A stretch of DNA of 60,152 nucleotides, the filler included, from Basidiobolus meristosporus CBS 931.73 (lineage: Eukaryota > Fungi > Basidiobolomycota), in NCBI GenBank assembly GCA_002104905.1. It is 4 parts of 4 records of this genome, joined end to end, with 100 filler letters (N's around TTAATTAATTAA, not from the genome) between each part and the next. Parts side by side here need not be neighbours in the genome. Positions count along the whole stretch, not along the records: positions 1 to 20,051 come from MCFE01001013.1; 3 more parts are not named here. One strand, written 5' to 3'. The notes beneath the pieces were generated by a model that worked only from the letters and a program-made list of their open reading frames with translations, made no database searches and had not been told where the DNA came from. Within the stretch, counting starts at the first letter, position 1. Every line of letters starts with the position of its first letter. Positions 1-13,214 of this stretch are shown here, piece after piece. A program made the position numbers and the translations under genes.

Positions 1-198
1 CTGAAAAATAAAGGAGAGCCTCTCTTTCCAGAATCTCCACACTACAATTACAAGTTTAAAGGTTATAAGACTTCCCCTGCATCACTTGCATTCTTGAGTA
101 TTCTTACTTTGATTAGTACTACATCAGTAACAAGACTGCAAAGCTCACAAGAATTCAAGCTAAGTTCTACAATAAAGTACCACTTTTCTGTTGGAAAA

Positions 199-428
199 GC
201 CCCCTCTAATAAACCCCTTTACATTAAAGACACCCCTTTAGATACCCCTTTAGTCTGAAGACCCCTTTAAGAAAATCCTTTACTCTAAAGAAGCCCCTTT
301 AGGTACCCCTTAAGTGTGAAGTCCACTTTAGAGACCACTACAAGAAGCCCCTTTACTCTGAAGACACCCCTTTAGGTCTAAGGACCCATTTAGAGACTTC
401 TACAACACATCCCTTTAGGTTAAAGGGG
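199..428. repeat. Cluster of degenerate (A)CCCCTTTA motifs ending in an inverted TAAAGGGG
   Basis: About ten imperfect copies of ACCCCTTTA at irregular spacing; no ORF. Confidence 0.55.
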
Positions 429-740
429 AGCTCAGAATTTCCATATTAGGAAATATTTTCTCAGAAAGGAAAGTGACCTACAGATAAGGAAAAGTTACTA
501 TAAAATAAAATAAGCCCATTAGTCAACAGAAGGTCAGAGCACTGCTGTAGAAGTGAGAAACACTGCCTATAGTATATTTTGAGCCTAAGATCAAGGATAT
601 TAGTGAAGATTATATCTTCTAATGGTACATCAAAGTCCCAATTAACTATTTCAGTATTAGCATACTGAAAGTTGTTGTATATTTCTGATTAGCCTCTACT
701 TTGTAGAACAAGTCCCAAACTAATCATAATACAACACAAC

Positions 741-2642
741 AGAAGGAACTCAAGTAGCTCAATGTCACAGCCAGGAATTGAGCCATCTCCCAATGTAACA
801 GCAGAGGAACACCATACAGTCTTTGAAGCACAACAACAGTGCCCAAAGATAAAGCCCACTGAAAAACCTATCACAGTGTGGGAGGGAGACAATGTGGTGT
901 TTATACCAAAGCCTAAAATCAAAAGACATTGAAGATCTGTAAAGCCATTGAGTGCAATAATGAAGAGTGGGCTAATATTCAAGAAGCTGTCAGAAGTCTA
1001 GCATGCCATCACCTTAAGGCCAGCATACCATGGGACCATCAGGAACTTGATGCCAAGCAGAATGCACTTGACTTGTTCCATGAGCATTATTCTGGATTCA
1101 AATGGGCAAACAGATTTTGGGCCAGCATTGGTATGCTAAGAAAGTATCTTAAGAATAGCAGAAACTATTGAAGGCAGAAAAACAAGGGTGCCATGGCTAA
1201 AAACTAGCAGCTTCCTCAAGAGCCTGTTACAAGCAAGGCCTGAAAGCTCCAGACAAGTGTCAAAGAGATGTCAGGTAGCCAGAAGTGTGCCAGTTAGGGA
1301 CAAGCAGGCAGACACAGATGCACCAGTGCAACATTTATCAAGGAAAAAGCATAGTACCACTCAAGAAGCACCCAGTCAAAGTAGCAGTGATGGACCTGGC
1401 AGTCATAAAAACCAGCCACTTTTACAGGAGCTTGTCACAACTACGGTTGAGAGCTCAAAACATGCAGAAAAGAAACATCAGGTTGCCAGAAGAGTGCCAG
1501 CAAGAGACAAGCAGGCCAAAGCAGATGCATCAGAGCAGAGTTTATCTAGTAGAAGCTGTGGTTCTTTACAAGAAGCACTCAGACAAAGTAGCAGTGAATG
1601 ACCTGACAGTGATAAAGGAAAAGGTAAAGGGAAAAATGTCTACCCAAGCCTGAGACAGGGAGGCATGCAAAAAAACTGCAGTTCTTGCCAGTTAACACCG
1701 TAAGCCTAGAGCAGACCAAATCCCATCATAGCTAAGAAGAATTACCAACAAGAAAACAGCTGTTTTCACAGGAGTTGGAAGCTCAGCCTGTTGAGCTACA
1801 CCCCAGCAAGGTGGATGAATTTGCTGAAAAAGGCAATTTGTCTACCACAGCCTGCACATCCTCCATTGTTTACAGAGTGGAGATCCCATTGACCGACAAG
1901 GCTACAATATCAAGAGCTTGAAAGACTATCACTATGCCTTCAATGGAATTTTGGAACATTAGTTGGCATACCAAGAGGTTGCAGCACTTCTTCAAGAGCA
2001 GTGCTCAAGAAAACACACTGGAATATTGCAAGGATTTATTGCAAAGACTGGCATATGAGGTGCTAGACCTTGCAGTGCTGACTGAAGACCAGGATGTGTG
2101 GGAACCAGTAAATGAACAGTGGCATAAAGCCATTGGGTTCCTGCCAAAGTTGTGGAACCAGAGTGTTACAGCAGAAATACTTATTGAGTGGTGGGTTTTA
2201 GTGGTATTACTTGTTGAGTGTGGGGTTGGGCTTAGAGTTAGTGTAGGGTATAGGGACTTGTATAGGTCAATACAATTGGTGATTGAGGTACAACTGAAGT
2301 CTCAACAGATATAAATAAATTCATATGCATGAAAAGTAAGAGAAACAGTTGAGTCAGGAAGCAAGGAGTGTGAAAAAGAGGCAATAGCCAATCAATGCAC
2401 ACAAATGTAGGAGGTGATAGAGTGTCTGGGATCAGAAAGTGAGCAAATTGGCAGGGAACTAATCAAAAGCCACTTATACATTGTTGTGATGAGAATTTTG
2501 ACTGTTTTTTGTGAAATCTAGGGTGCAACTATTTTTCAGCAGTCTCTGGAGAGTATCCTGAAGGGATCAGTACCTCTTTGTCACAGGACTTTAACCTTAT
2601 GATGGCCTTTTGATGGGATCATTTCAATAATTTTTCACAGGT
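741..2642 (+). mobile_element. Truncated CMC/CACTA-like element, right end (accessory-ORF 3' part, subterminal region, TIR)
   Basis: Colinear with 6929-8836; ends in ATTTTTCACAGG, similar to the right TIR ATTTTTCATAGGG of the full copy. Confidence 0.85.
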
Positions 2643-3289
2643 TTACACATGACTGCAGAGTACCTAGTGTAAATAGCTACCAACTGAGGACAGCAGCACT
2701 ACCTAAATGAAGTAACCAATTGAACTTATCCCAAGATTAAGATTGAGTTTGGGGGGTCATACTAGTAAGTATCATACCAGTTTAGAGCCTATCAAGTTGG
2801 CTTCAGTCTCAACAGCCAACAGAACTTTTACTTAGCCAGTCACATTACTCAGCCAGGAATACCCTATGAAAAATAGTTTGGTCCTGTGGGTGGATCTGAT
2901 CCGGATCATCCGTCAAGATCCCATTCAGAGACCGTCATAATAACAGCAGCTTGGAATTAGTGACCCTCCTGACAATCTTATAACAAGATCATGATGGTGA
3001 TTTGCAAATTTTACAGCCAATTAAAGGGATAAAACTTGGCAATTTTTGATTGGTGCTGTGACAATATTCACATGTTATTGTTGCGGTCTTTCAGCGCTCT
3101 ATTACTATTTTAAGTGGATCCAGTTGGCCAGGACTTCCAATTGCCTTATATGGCAAGAAACTTGACAGTATTTTGACGGCCTCACAGCAAGATTCTGATG
3201 GCTTTTTTTTGGCAGTACAATGGCATGCTGCTGGTTATGTATAATGCTACTATACCAATTTAACAAATGGTATTTCCCTTTTCTACCTC

Positions 3290-6200
3290 CCCTTGTGCAA
3301 TTCATATATTCCACTGTAGAATCACCTTTCTTTATTTGCTTACCCACTACTACCTTGGGTATTCCACATATAGTTTAAATCAAAAAAAACTATGACCTCC
3401 TGCTTACTAATCTCTACAAATGCGCACACCTGCCGCAATTGACATACTTCTATCACCTCAACTTTACGGCTTTTTAGTGTGATACTTGCAAAGTTGCCAC
3501 ATACCTTGTACTGCTGGTAGCATATACATCTTGCAAACATATGCTTGGTTGTTGCCACTTCTGCCATGAATACCTCCTGAATATTGGCAAAGAACATTAT
3601 GGTATTTAGTTGATATATTCCTTCTCCTGGCTGGACTCTAGTCCCCCTTATGGGTGCACTCTGGCTCCTATTTGTGTGAATTCTGTATTGAATGGTATAG
3701 AAACCAGCTTGTGACCAAGAGAAACCTGGCATACTTTGGTAATATTGACATAATAAGAGTTAGTTGCTTATTGCACCCAATCTTGGTATTTAGCCAATAT
3801 ATTCCTTCTCCCTGCTGGATTCTAGTACCCCTTATAGGTGTGCTCTGGCTTTTGTTTGTGTGAATTCTGTATTGAATGGTGTAGAAGTTGGCTTGTGACC
3901 ACAAGAAATCTGGCATATCTTGGTGGAGTTTTCCTGATAAAGATTAGTTGCTTGTTGCACCCAACCCAACTTTGCATTACTTAACTGATTACCCACGCAT
4001 TGGGGCTGCTTAGCTTCTTAATGCCATAGGCATAGGTGTCTCCATGTGCACATTTGTCCTCAGTATTTTCCAACTCTTTCTGGCTGTCCTCCTTGTGCCA
4101 ACATGTCACATCCATGATGGACTTGAAGGTAATATTCTTGATGAGATTGGGATATGGTAGTACCTGCAACTTGACTTGTTGTCCTATCTCCCCACACATC
4201 CACTCCATAGGAAACTCCCAAAAGGTGAAGCAAGGCCCAATATTCTCCACACACCATGCAAGATGGAGTAGAGAATGGATACAGTAGCTGCAGAGATCTA
4301 CATATTCAGCTTTATGTTTGTAGTATAGCCGCTCAAATCCCGTCACAAACTCCTCACACAACAGCTGTAAATGTGTCAAGTTGGCATTGGTGATCCACTT
4401 CTGGATAAATATTCCTACAATGTCCACATATGACTCCCAATGCTTCCAATGTACTCTTGGTAGGAATGGCTTCAGAACACCACTTGAATAAATACATATC
4501 CAGTTCATCCAGTCTTTGCATTTGTAGTGTTGCATATGTGTATGAATATTAATTGGAGCCTGTAAGAAGTACTTAGGGTAGCAGATACTCTGTAATATCT
4601 TGCCAATTTTTTGAAATTTCTCTGGTATCTCAAAGGGCTCATTTAGCTTGAAATGCCCCACGTACAACTTGGTCATCAGTATGGGGACATTGTTGAAAAG
4701 CAAATGCATTGCTCCCAGTGGAAAGCTTTTGCTCCAACAGATACCCTCTATCTTAAGTATCTCTGGTTTCTGATTGATTCCATATTCTGGCCAATGGCTT
4801 ATAGCTTGCCAACTTTGCTGCAATTGCATGCTTACTTCTGTACGTTCTCTCTGTGGAAAGATGATGTTCTTAGTGCCAGTGTTTGGGTAATAATAATGTG
4901 TGTGAGTTATGGAGTAAATCCCCTGGATCTCACACATTTGACAGCAATACCGTCCATTGTGCCCAGAAAAACCTGCTATCTTGCTGATGGCTGGGGTATC
5001 TCCAATGCAGAAAATACTATGTGCTTTTACATGACAGCCATTTACCATTATCCTGCTGGAAAGCATACAAAATTCATTCAGCAATGGATACAGGTAGCTA
5101 TCTAGGTTGGACGGTGATTTAGGCCCAGATACCAGTGAGACTACCATCAGATTATTGCTCTGATACTGTAAAATGGGCGGCAGATTCAGATTGATGAGAA
5201 TCAGTGGCCAGCAGGATTTGCTGGTAGAGTACTTGTTTAATGAGAATCCATCAAGTGCTAAAGCAATGGCATGATCATACATAACTTCAAAGTAGCCCTT
5301 GCTTCTTAGCTGTTTGTAATGTTTGCCATCAAATATATCGGATATGTTTGCGCTTGATTGATACTGAGTGCGGTACTGTATAGCTTTGCAATATTTGTCG
5401 GACTGCATCAGCTTCCTCAGATGGGGTATGACTGGAATATATCCGGAGTATGAACAATGTTTTCCCTCAATGGTGGTGGATTCCTGATAATTTGGACACA
5501 TTGCAATGGTAGCATTTTCAGATGCAAATGCCATGCAACTGTTAACACATGCTGGAATCAGGACAGTCTCTGGATCATATGTTGCCAGCCACATAATGGT
5601 TGTCCACTTGTACTATGTACATGGTAAGTTGCATCCTGGTATGATTTTGGCAAGAAGTAGTAATAAATCCTCAAAGCCCCCATTACGGATATTAGTGGAA
5701 ACACGCCACTTCTCTAGCCACAACTTCACATCATTCACCAGTAGATGGATTACTGGGCTTACTTGGCTCCATAGAGTATCCTTGGCATTTGTCTCAACAG
5801 GTGTTGTCTCATTGCATATAGGGATTTGACCAGGCTTGTACGTGGTACTGTGTTAGGGGAGATAGGCTCAAAATCCATCAGGGAACCTTCTTTGTTAGAG
5901 CTATCACTCTGCATGCCATATTCAGAAGGCTGAGGTGAGCCTAAAGGTGTCACAAACTCACCTGACCCAGTTTGCGCAAGGTGACAAAGACGGCCAGCTG
6001 CCAATATAGATGTATCAACTGGTCGGCAAGATAATGTTGGTACAGTAGTGACCAATGAATGGTCAAATATGACTTGGGTGGCAAAACACTGGTGGTGATC
6101 CTTGTAATACTTCCTATGCTGTCTGCGTACTTCATGGCTGAGAGGCTTGCCACAATAGCCACATGGTGTTTTTTCTCTTCACTTACAGCATTGAGTCAAA

Positions 6201-6300
6201 GTAGTCTTGTCCATGGGGCAAACAGTTTGACCTTCAACAATCTAACACTATTATATCACTTTTTGGTCAATACTCATGTGAACTTAAGACAGTCTTGTAT
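3290..6300 (-). pseudogene. CACTA-type (Transposase_21/Tnp2-like) transposase; longest open piece 3981-5594
   Basis: Motifs ALDGF, CWPLILINLNLPP, GP-x-P-x-NLDSYLYPL, GDTPAISK, HLLFNNV, HSLLHL, WEFPME. The stop at 3981-3983 is CAA in the 29625-30149 copy. Outer boundaries approximate. Confidence 0.85.
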
Positions 6301-6436
6301 TTGAGACATTGCACCTACATGAATGTAAGATTCAATGATGACCCGCCATAGTAAGCATTATAAATAAAGTTGTGGCACCACATACACACGTATATGTAAC
6401 ACTATTTCCCCTTTGGTTTGACTCACTTTCATATAT

Positions 6437-8112
6437 ATGCCGCCAAAAAATAAAGCAAAGTTGTCTGGTTCTCAACCAAACCCCATTGCAGATGGCAACA
6501 GAAGAACGGTTGGACAGCAGCTTGCTTTGACATTCAGTGCAACAAGCAGGGCTACATCCAAAAAAGGCCCTGTGGACAGTGTGCCCATTGAAGGTAATAA
6601 TGGGGACTCCTCAGGCTCTCAGTCAAGTAGGCAATTGAGAACCTCTGTGGAGCCACAAGCTGACTGTTATGCTCAGGCAGATGAGAATGTAGCAAACGCA
6701 GTACCCTCTGTTGAAGATCAGCAAGTGGCCATGATAACATCACCACCACCCATATTAGCAAGTATGTTGTCAGCTCATACCAATGCATTAATGAAGCAAT
6801 TAGGTGTAGTGGCTGATAGGATAGATGCAATGGCCCAGAGAAATCAGGAAGTAGTCCAGAAACAGGATGAGGGGATAATACATGTAGAGCAATCAATATC
6901 CCAGGTAGAGAAAGCAGTAACTTTGCTGCAAAGAAGGAACTCAAGTAGCTCAATGTCACAGCCAAGAATTGAGTCATTTCCTGATGTAACAGCAGAGGAG
7001 CACCATACAGTCTTTGAGGCACAACAACAGTGCCCAAAGATAAAGCCCACAGAAAAACCTATCATAGCATGGGAGGGAGACAATGTGGTGTTTATACCAA
7101 AGCCTAAAAATCAAAAGACATTGAAAATCTGTGAAGCTGTTGAGTGCAATAATGAAGAGTAGGCTAATATACAAGAGGCCATCAGAAGTCTATCACGCCA
7201 TCACCTTAAAGCCGGCATACCATGGGACCCTCAGGAACTCAAGGCCAAGCAGAATGCACTTGACTTGTTCCATGAGCATTATCCTGGATTCAAATGGGCA
7301 AACAGATTTTGGGCCAGCATTGGTATGCTAAGAAAGTATCTTAAGAATAGCAGAAACTATTGAAGGCAGAAGAACAAGGGTGCCATGGCTAAAAACCAGC
7401 GGCTTCCTCAAGAGCCCAGTACAAGCAGGGCCAAAAGCTCCAGACAAGTGTCAAAGAGATGTCAGGCAGCTGGAAGAGTGCCAATTAAGGACAAGCAGGC
7501 AGACATGGATGCACCAGCACAACATTTATCAAGGAAAAAGCATAGTACCACTCAAGAAGCACCCAGTCAAAGTAGCAGTGATGGACCTGGCAGTGATAAA
7601 AACCAGCCACTTTTACAGGAGCCCATCACAACTATGGTTGAGAGCTCAAAACAAGCTGAAAAAAATGTCAGGTTGCCAGAAGAGTGCCAGCAAGGGACAA
7701 GCAGGCCAAAACAGATGCGTCAGAGCAGAATTTATCCAGGAGAAAATGTAGTTCTTTACAAGAAGCACTCAGACAAAGTAGCAGTGAAAGACCTGGCAGT
7801 GATAAAGGAAAAGGTAAAGGGAAAAATGTCTACCCAAGCTTGAGACAGGGAGGCATGCAAAAAAAACTGCAGTTCTTGCCAATTAACACCGCAAGCCAGG
7901 AACGGACTGAATCCCATCATAGTCAAGAAGAATTACCAACAAGAAAACAGCTGTTTTCACAAGAGTTGGAAGTGCAGCCAGTTGAGCTACACTCCAGCAA
8001 GGTAGATGAGTTTGCTGAAAAAAGCAATTTTTCTACCACAGCCTCCACAGCCTCCATTGTTGACAGAGTGGAGATCCCACTGACAGACAAGGCTACAACA
8101 TCAAGAGCTTGA
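6437..8112 (+). pseudogene. Divergently transcribed accessory ORF of the CACTA element
   Basis: ORFs 6437-7162 and 7385-7843 are in the same frame. The TAG at 7160-7162 is TGG in the copy at 968-970. A conserved-looking block FHEHYPGFKWANRFWASIGMLRKYLKNSR lies between them. Confidence 0.65.
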
Positions 8113-9780
8113 AAGACTATCACAATGCCTTCAGTGGAGTTTTGGAACATTAATAGGAACACCTAGAGGTTGCAGCACTTCTTCAAGTGCAATGCTGAAG
8201 AAAACACACTGGAATATTGCAAGGATTTATTGCAAAGACTGGCAGATGAGGAGCTAGACCTTGCAGTACCAGCTGAAGACCAGGACGTGTGGGAACCAGT
8301 GAATGAACAGTGGCATAAAGCCGTTGGGTTCCCGCCAAAGTTGTGGAACCAGAGCGTTACAGCAGAAATACTTATTGAGTGGTGAATTTTAATGGAGTTA
8401 CTTGTTGAGTGTGGGATTGGGCTTAATGTTAGTGTAGGGTATAGAGATTTGTATAGGTCAATACAATTGGCAATTGAGGTACAACTGAAGTTTCAATGGA
8501 AATAAATCAATTTGTATGCATGAAAAGTAAGAGAAAAGGCTGAGTCAGGAAGTAAGGAGTGTGAAAAAGAGGCAATAGCCAATCAATTCACACAAACATA
8601 GGAGGCAATAGAGTGTCTGGGATCAGAAAGTGAGCAAATTGGCAGGAAACCAATCAAAAGCCACTTATACATTGTTGTGATGAGAAACTTTGACAAAATT
8701 TTTTGTGAAATCTGGGGTGCAATTATTTTTCAATGGTCTCTGGATGGAGTCCTGACAAGATCAGTACCTCTCAGTCACAGGACATTAACTTTGTGACGGC
8801 CTTTTGATGGGATCATCTCAAAAATTTTTCATAGGGATAATGAAGATCACTCTAGGTTTGGCCTTGTATCTGAGATACCATGGTCTTTACATATTATTAC
8901 CACTATGAATTGGAGGACCCACATTATTGATATCTTGAAAGATGACCAGACTGAATTGCAACTTGCTTTCATGTAGCAAGTGTAATACAAGTAAGCTGAC
9001 CAAGAGACAATTCTGCTGAGCACTTCAAAAGTATGTAAAAGCTCTCATGGCTGCACTACAATACAAAAGCCACACCCCAATTCCCCTACAAGTTCAGGTA
9101 CTTTGAGAAATACTTAGATGTGCTTCTGGATGAACTAGTGAGTCTATCACTAGTCAGTGAAGTTGACCATGTCATATGTACTGGTGATAGCCCACCAGTG
9201 AGCAAGACATTCAATAGAATGAGTCCCTTAAAGCTACAAGAGATTATTAGACAGATTGACCAGCTACTAGAACAAGGATACATCTTACACATCAAGTCAT
9301 CATGGGGAGTACTGGTGTATTTTGTTTTTTTGACAAAATTATAGATCACTGAAAATGTGCAGTGACTATTAAGCCCTGATCCCAGTCAATGTCCTGAGCA
9401 AGTATCCTGTACATTGAATTGAGGAGCATTTGGACCAATTACATGGTTCTACCATATTCAGTAAGATTAGCCTCATGTCACAATACAGCCAGTGTAGGTC
9501 AAAACCTGAAGATATTCCCAAGACAGCATCCAGGACCAGATATGCATGTTTCAAACATCTAGTCATGAGTCTTAGTTTCACAAATACCCTAGCACCATTT
9601 GTGACCTTGATGCAACTGTTGTTTGAGTATATTTAGACAGGTCCATTGTGGGCTACCTAGATAACATAATGATATACAGCAAGTCAAAACAATATCAGTC
9701 AATGAACATTTCCAATATCTTGAAGAAACTAGGAGAGAACAAGCACAATGGCAAACTATCAAAGTGTGAGTTCTTGAAGG

Positions 9781-10127
9781 TGTTGCAATAGTCTGAGGAG
9801 TACTGGAAGTGATGTGGAGAACTAGAGGATTACATTTCATTCACTTGTGGATATATTGAAAAAAAAGTGTGGTATTGATACATTGATGAAGTAAGACAAA
9901 CAAATGTGTAGCACCTGTTAGGAAAGCTCCCAAGAATATGTCTGCAAAGTTTGAGCTCATTTGGACAACTTTGAGAAAGGACATAATCTGGGTACCTGCT
10001 GATTTAGTGACAATATTCCCAGTAAATCCCACAAGAAATTTAGTCAGGACAGAATGCTAATCACAGAACAAGATCTACATGACTAAGTTAGTATAAATAT
10101 TTAGGTGGTCACTTGATAACTACCACA
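9781..10127. mobile_element. Degenerate solo LTR (copia-type family)
   Basis: TG...CA ends; 5-bp TSD GAAGG/CAAGG (one mismatch); its end resembles the LTR at 46875-47223; interrupts gypsy RT. Confidence 0.7.
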
Positions 10128-11696
10128 CAAGGAGCATGTTTGATATCTGTGGCATATAGTAAACAACACTGGTGTTAATCTGGGCACAAAGAAGGTTAAA
10201 GTCACCACAGATTTGAAGCTGCTTTGTAGTTAACTGGACTCAGACCATTCCTTGGAATTGGTTCTTGTTGCTGGAGACTTGTCAAGTCCTTTGCCAGTAT
10301 TCTAGCCCTTTGACAAATATTCCCAAATAACATAACACATTAAAGTGAGATATAGCATGTGAGACTGCCTTTAGGATGCTTCAGAATACTTAAGTTCAGA
10401 AAGGAGCTTACCCTCTACACATATGCTTCATATGATGCCCTTAGTGAAGTACTTAGTCAAGATTGTAAAGGATGGAAATATCCAGTAGCATTTGATTCCA
10501 TTAAGCTTAACTCATCTGAACAAAACTACCCTATACATGAAAAGAAGATGCTTGGGATTACAAACTGCTTAAAACATGGAGATGCTACATAAAAGGAGTC
10601 AAGTGTGCTGTGAGGTCTGACTGCCCCTCACTCAAGTACATATTTACCCAGAAGGTACTCTCCAGGAGAATGACAAGATGGAGTGAGCACATTCAGCAAT
10701 TTGACTTGGAGATTGTCTGCTGCCCTGGGCAAAACAACCTGGTTGTTGATGCCTTGTCAAGACTAGAATAAATAGTGTAACTTAGCTTGGTGTATGAATC
10801 AGATTGTCCCAGTCAACTACCACAGCATTTTGAGGGCCAAACCATCCCTTGTGAGGTAGATGGAGACTGTTAGAAGATAATTTGGAATGCCCAGCAAACA
10901 AGCATGTACAGTGTGTATAGGAAGGTCCCAAGAGTTTGTGTGCAAGGTTTGGTGGTTTTTGGTCAACACATCAGATTTTCATATTATGTGCACTTGGCAT
11001 TTTGGTGAAAACAATCTGAATAACAAACTTGATAGAATTTTCCGATGTGATTACAAAATTTCCAACAGATTTAACTTGTGCGGTATAAAAGTGATTAGTT
11101 CCAATAAGGTAGACTCTACAGAGCCTGTGTATATAAGTCACCTATAGCAGTAGCTGGGGCTTCCATTAGTAGACTGATAAGCTGAGTGATAGTCATGAAA
11201 TGTATGCCCGAGCAATATTTCATTAGCCAAAGTTCTAATAATGATGTGGGCACCGCAAAGTAAGAAAGACCCCAATACTCAATGACTCCAACAGAATCGG
11301 TTTCATGGTTGTAAGAGGCCAGCAATCCTCTGGGATGAGCTTTTGTATGGTCAAATGCAAAGTGTTTATGCATCGGATTCTGCATTGAAGATATCCAAAC
11401 CTCAGCACCTGCTTCGATGTTCATGCAGATTTCCTCGGATGTTAATGGGTGTAGATCCCCATGCTTGACACTGATGGAGGTGATTGGTCGTTGTCCATGA
11501 TATCTTCAAATCAGCATTTCCTTTGACTGGCATCAGGCGATGATAAGAATGGCACAGTTGAGTGATCCTTACACAAGGCCCTAGTCATGACGGGCTCTTA
11601 GTCAGCCCCTCTGCATTTCGAGTATGTGTGGAGTAAAGCTTCGACCATTGGCCATCGAACATATATTTCACCACAGCGGTGGCAAGCTAAATAAAC

Positions 11697-13214
11697 ATGA
11701 GCAACAAGGCCGAAATTCACCTAATATGCGGCTTATCTAGCTTGCCCATTCGTCAGCTTGTACACATGTTGAGGTATAAAAATGGGGAAGGCCATCCTGC
11801 TGACAATGGATACACCACTACCTCGTACTCTTCAATGAATTCTACATCCTCTGCTAGTGTCCGTGTGATATCAAACCGACTGTTAGTGCCGTTTCGCTGG
11901 GGCTGGAAGCAGTTAAGACGTATTAACCTGACAACCTGGATCTTCATCTCCATGCTAGTGGGGATACTTATTGGATGGTTAGCGCCTGGATTTGGCGTCA
12001 GTCTGCAGCCCTTCTCCAACGTATTTTTGTACATGATCCAGTGCCTGGTAGTTCCGTTGATCTTCTCAACTTTGACGGTGGGGATTTCCGGTCACGGGGA
12101 TGATGTTGCCAAGATTGGTAGACTGGCTCTCAAATCCATCGTCTACTTCGAAATCCTCTCCGTACTCGCGCTCGGTCTTGGGATGCTAATGGGCAACATT
12201 CTTAAACCTGGTCAAGGGGTTAGCTTGAGTAGTGTAAGCGCAAGTGACAGGAGTCAGGCCTCCAATGGGACAACCATGACTTGGGAGACCGAACTCTACA
12301 GCATCGTCCCCAAGAGTGTTTTCGAGGCAGCAAGCAAAAATGAAGTCCTACAGATTGTTTTCTGTGCCATCGTGTTTTCGATCGCCATTATCAAGGCCCC
12401 GACTCATGTGAAGCAGCCTATGATCACCTTCCTCTCGAGTCTTTCTGAGTTGATGTTCATCGTTACCAAGATGGTGATGAATTTGGCACCCTTTGGGATC
12501 GGTGCTTCACTTGCCTATACCATTGGGAAGAACGGGATTGGAATTTTAGCAACCTTAGGGAAACTTCTGGGATGCTTTTACCTTTCACTCATTCTATTCA
12601 TCCTAGTGGTTCTGGTCCCCAGCATTATCTTGACCCGTATTCCATTCAAAGGCTTTGTAAGATGCACCTGGCGCCCCACCCTCATAGGATTTTCCACTGC
12701 ATCGTCTGAGGCAGTGCTCCCTATGGCCATGGAAAATCTTCAAGCCTTTGGGGTTCCCAAGAGTATTGCCGCTTTCGTGATGCCAGTTGGCTACTCATTC
12801 AACTTGGCGGGCACTACACTCTATCTTGCACTAGCATCTATCTTTGCCGTACAGGCAGACGGAATCGACATGCCACTGAGTCAACAAATGGCCATGATGT
12901 TTACGTTGATGTTAACCTCCAAGGGAGTGGCTGCCGTACCACGTGCGTCTCTGGTCATTCTAGCCGCCACTCTCAAGAACTATAATCTGCCTCTTGAAGC
13001 AGTAGCAGTGATCATGGGGATTGATGCTTTGATGGATATGGGACGAACCGCTATCAACATCGTGGGAAACTGCCTCGCCACAGTGATACTGGCCAAGTGG
13101 GAGAACAATTTCGGCAGAGAAAGGGAGGAAGATCGTATAACTACGGGCGAAGAATTAGAGGCGGGATACGAAGATAAGCAATCACACCTTAAAGAGATCA
13201 GCATATCTCACTGA
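11697..13214 (+). CDS. Dicarboxylate/amino acid:cation symporter (DAACS/SDF, GltP/DctA-like), intronless
   Basis: 505-aa multi-TM ORF with LVVPLIFSTL, FSTASSE (HP1), GYSFNL-A-GT (TM7), LTSKGVAAVPRAS (HP2) and DMGRTAINIVGN (TM8). True start could be a later ATG. Confidence 0.93.
   Translation: MSNKAEIHLICGLSSLPIRQLVHMLRYKNGEGHPADNGYTTTSYSSMNSTSSASVRVISNRLLVPFRWGWKQLRRINLTTWIFISMLVGILIGWLAPGFGVSLQPFSNVFLYMIQCLVVPLIFSTLTVGISGHGDDVAKIGRLALKSIVYFEILSVLALGLGMLMGNILKPGQGVSLSSVSASDRSQASNGTTMTWETELYSIVPKSVFEAASKNEVLQIVFCAIVFSIAIIKAPTHVKQPMITFLSSLSELMFIVTKMVMNLAPFGIGASLAYTIGKNGIGILATLGKLLGCFYLSLILFILVVLVPSIILTRIPFKGFVRCTWRPTLIGFSTASSEAVLPMAMENLQAFGVPKSIAAFVMPVGYSFNLAGTTLYLALASIFAVQADGIDMPLSQQMAMMFTLMLTSKGVAAVPRASLVILAATLKNYNLPLEAVAVIMGIDALMDMGRTAINIVGNCLATVILAKWENNFGREREEDRITTGEELEAGYEDKQSHLKEISISH

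Larger units (their letters stand above)
2862..8836 (-). mobile_element. Full-length, decayed CMC (CACTA/EnSpm-like) DNA transposon, 5975 bp
   Basis: 13-bp TIRs CCCTATGAAAAAT (2862-2874) and ATTTTTCATAGGG (8824-8836); 3-bp TSD ATA (2859-2861, 8837-8839); Transposase_21-like ORF inside. Confidence 0.92.
2650..10905 (+). mobile_element. Highly degenerate Ty3/gypsy remnant (protease-RT-RNase H), split by a CACTA insertion (2862-8836) and a solo LTR (9781-10127)
   Basis: Flanks of the CACTA rejoin as CACATTACTCAGCCAGGA[ATA]ATGAAGATC, matching the protease region of the 32520-38364 element. RT and RNase H fragments at 9120-9780 and 10359-10780 (e.g. YPVAFDSIKLNSSEQNYPIHEK). Confidence 0.8.

Noticed and set aside
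11116-11424. 102-aa minus-strand ORF divergent from the symporter
   Set aside because: No recognisable motif; length compatible with chance.
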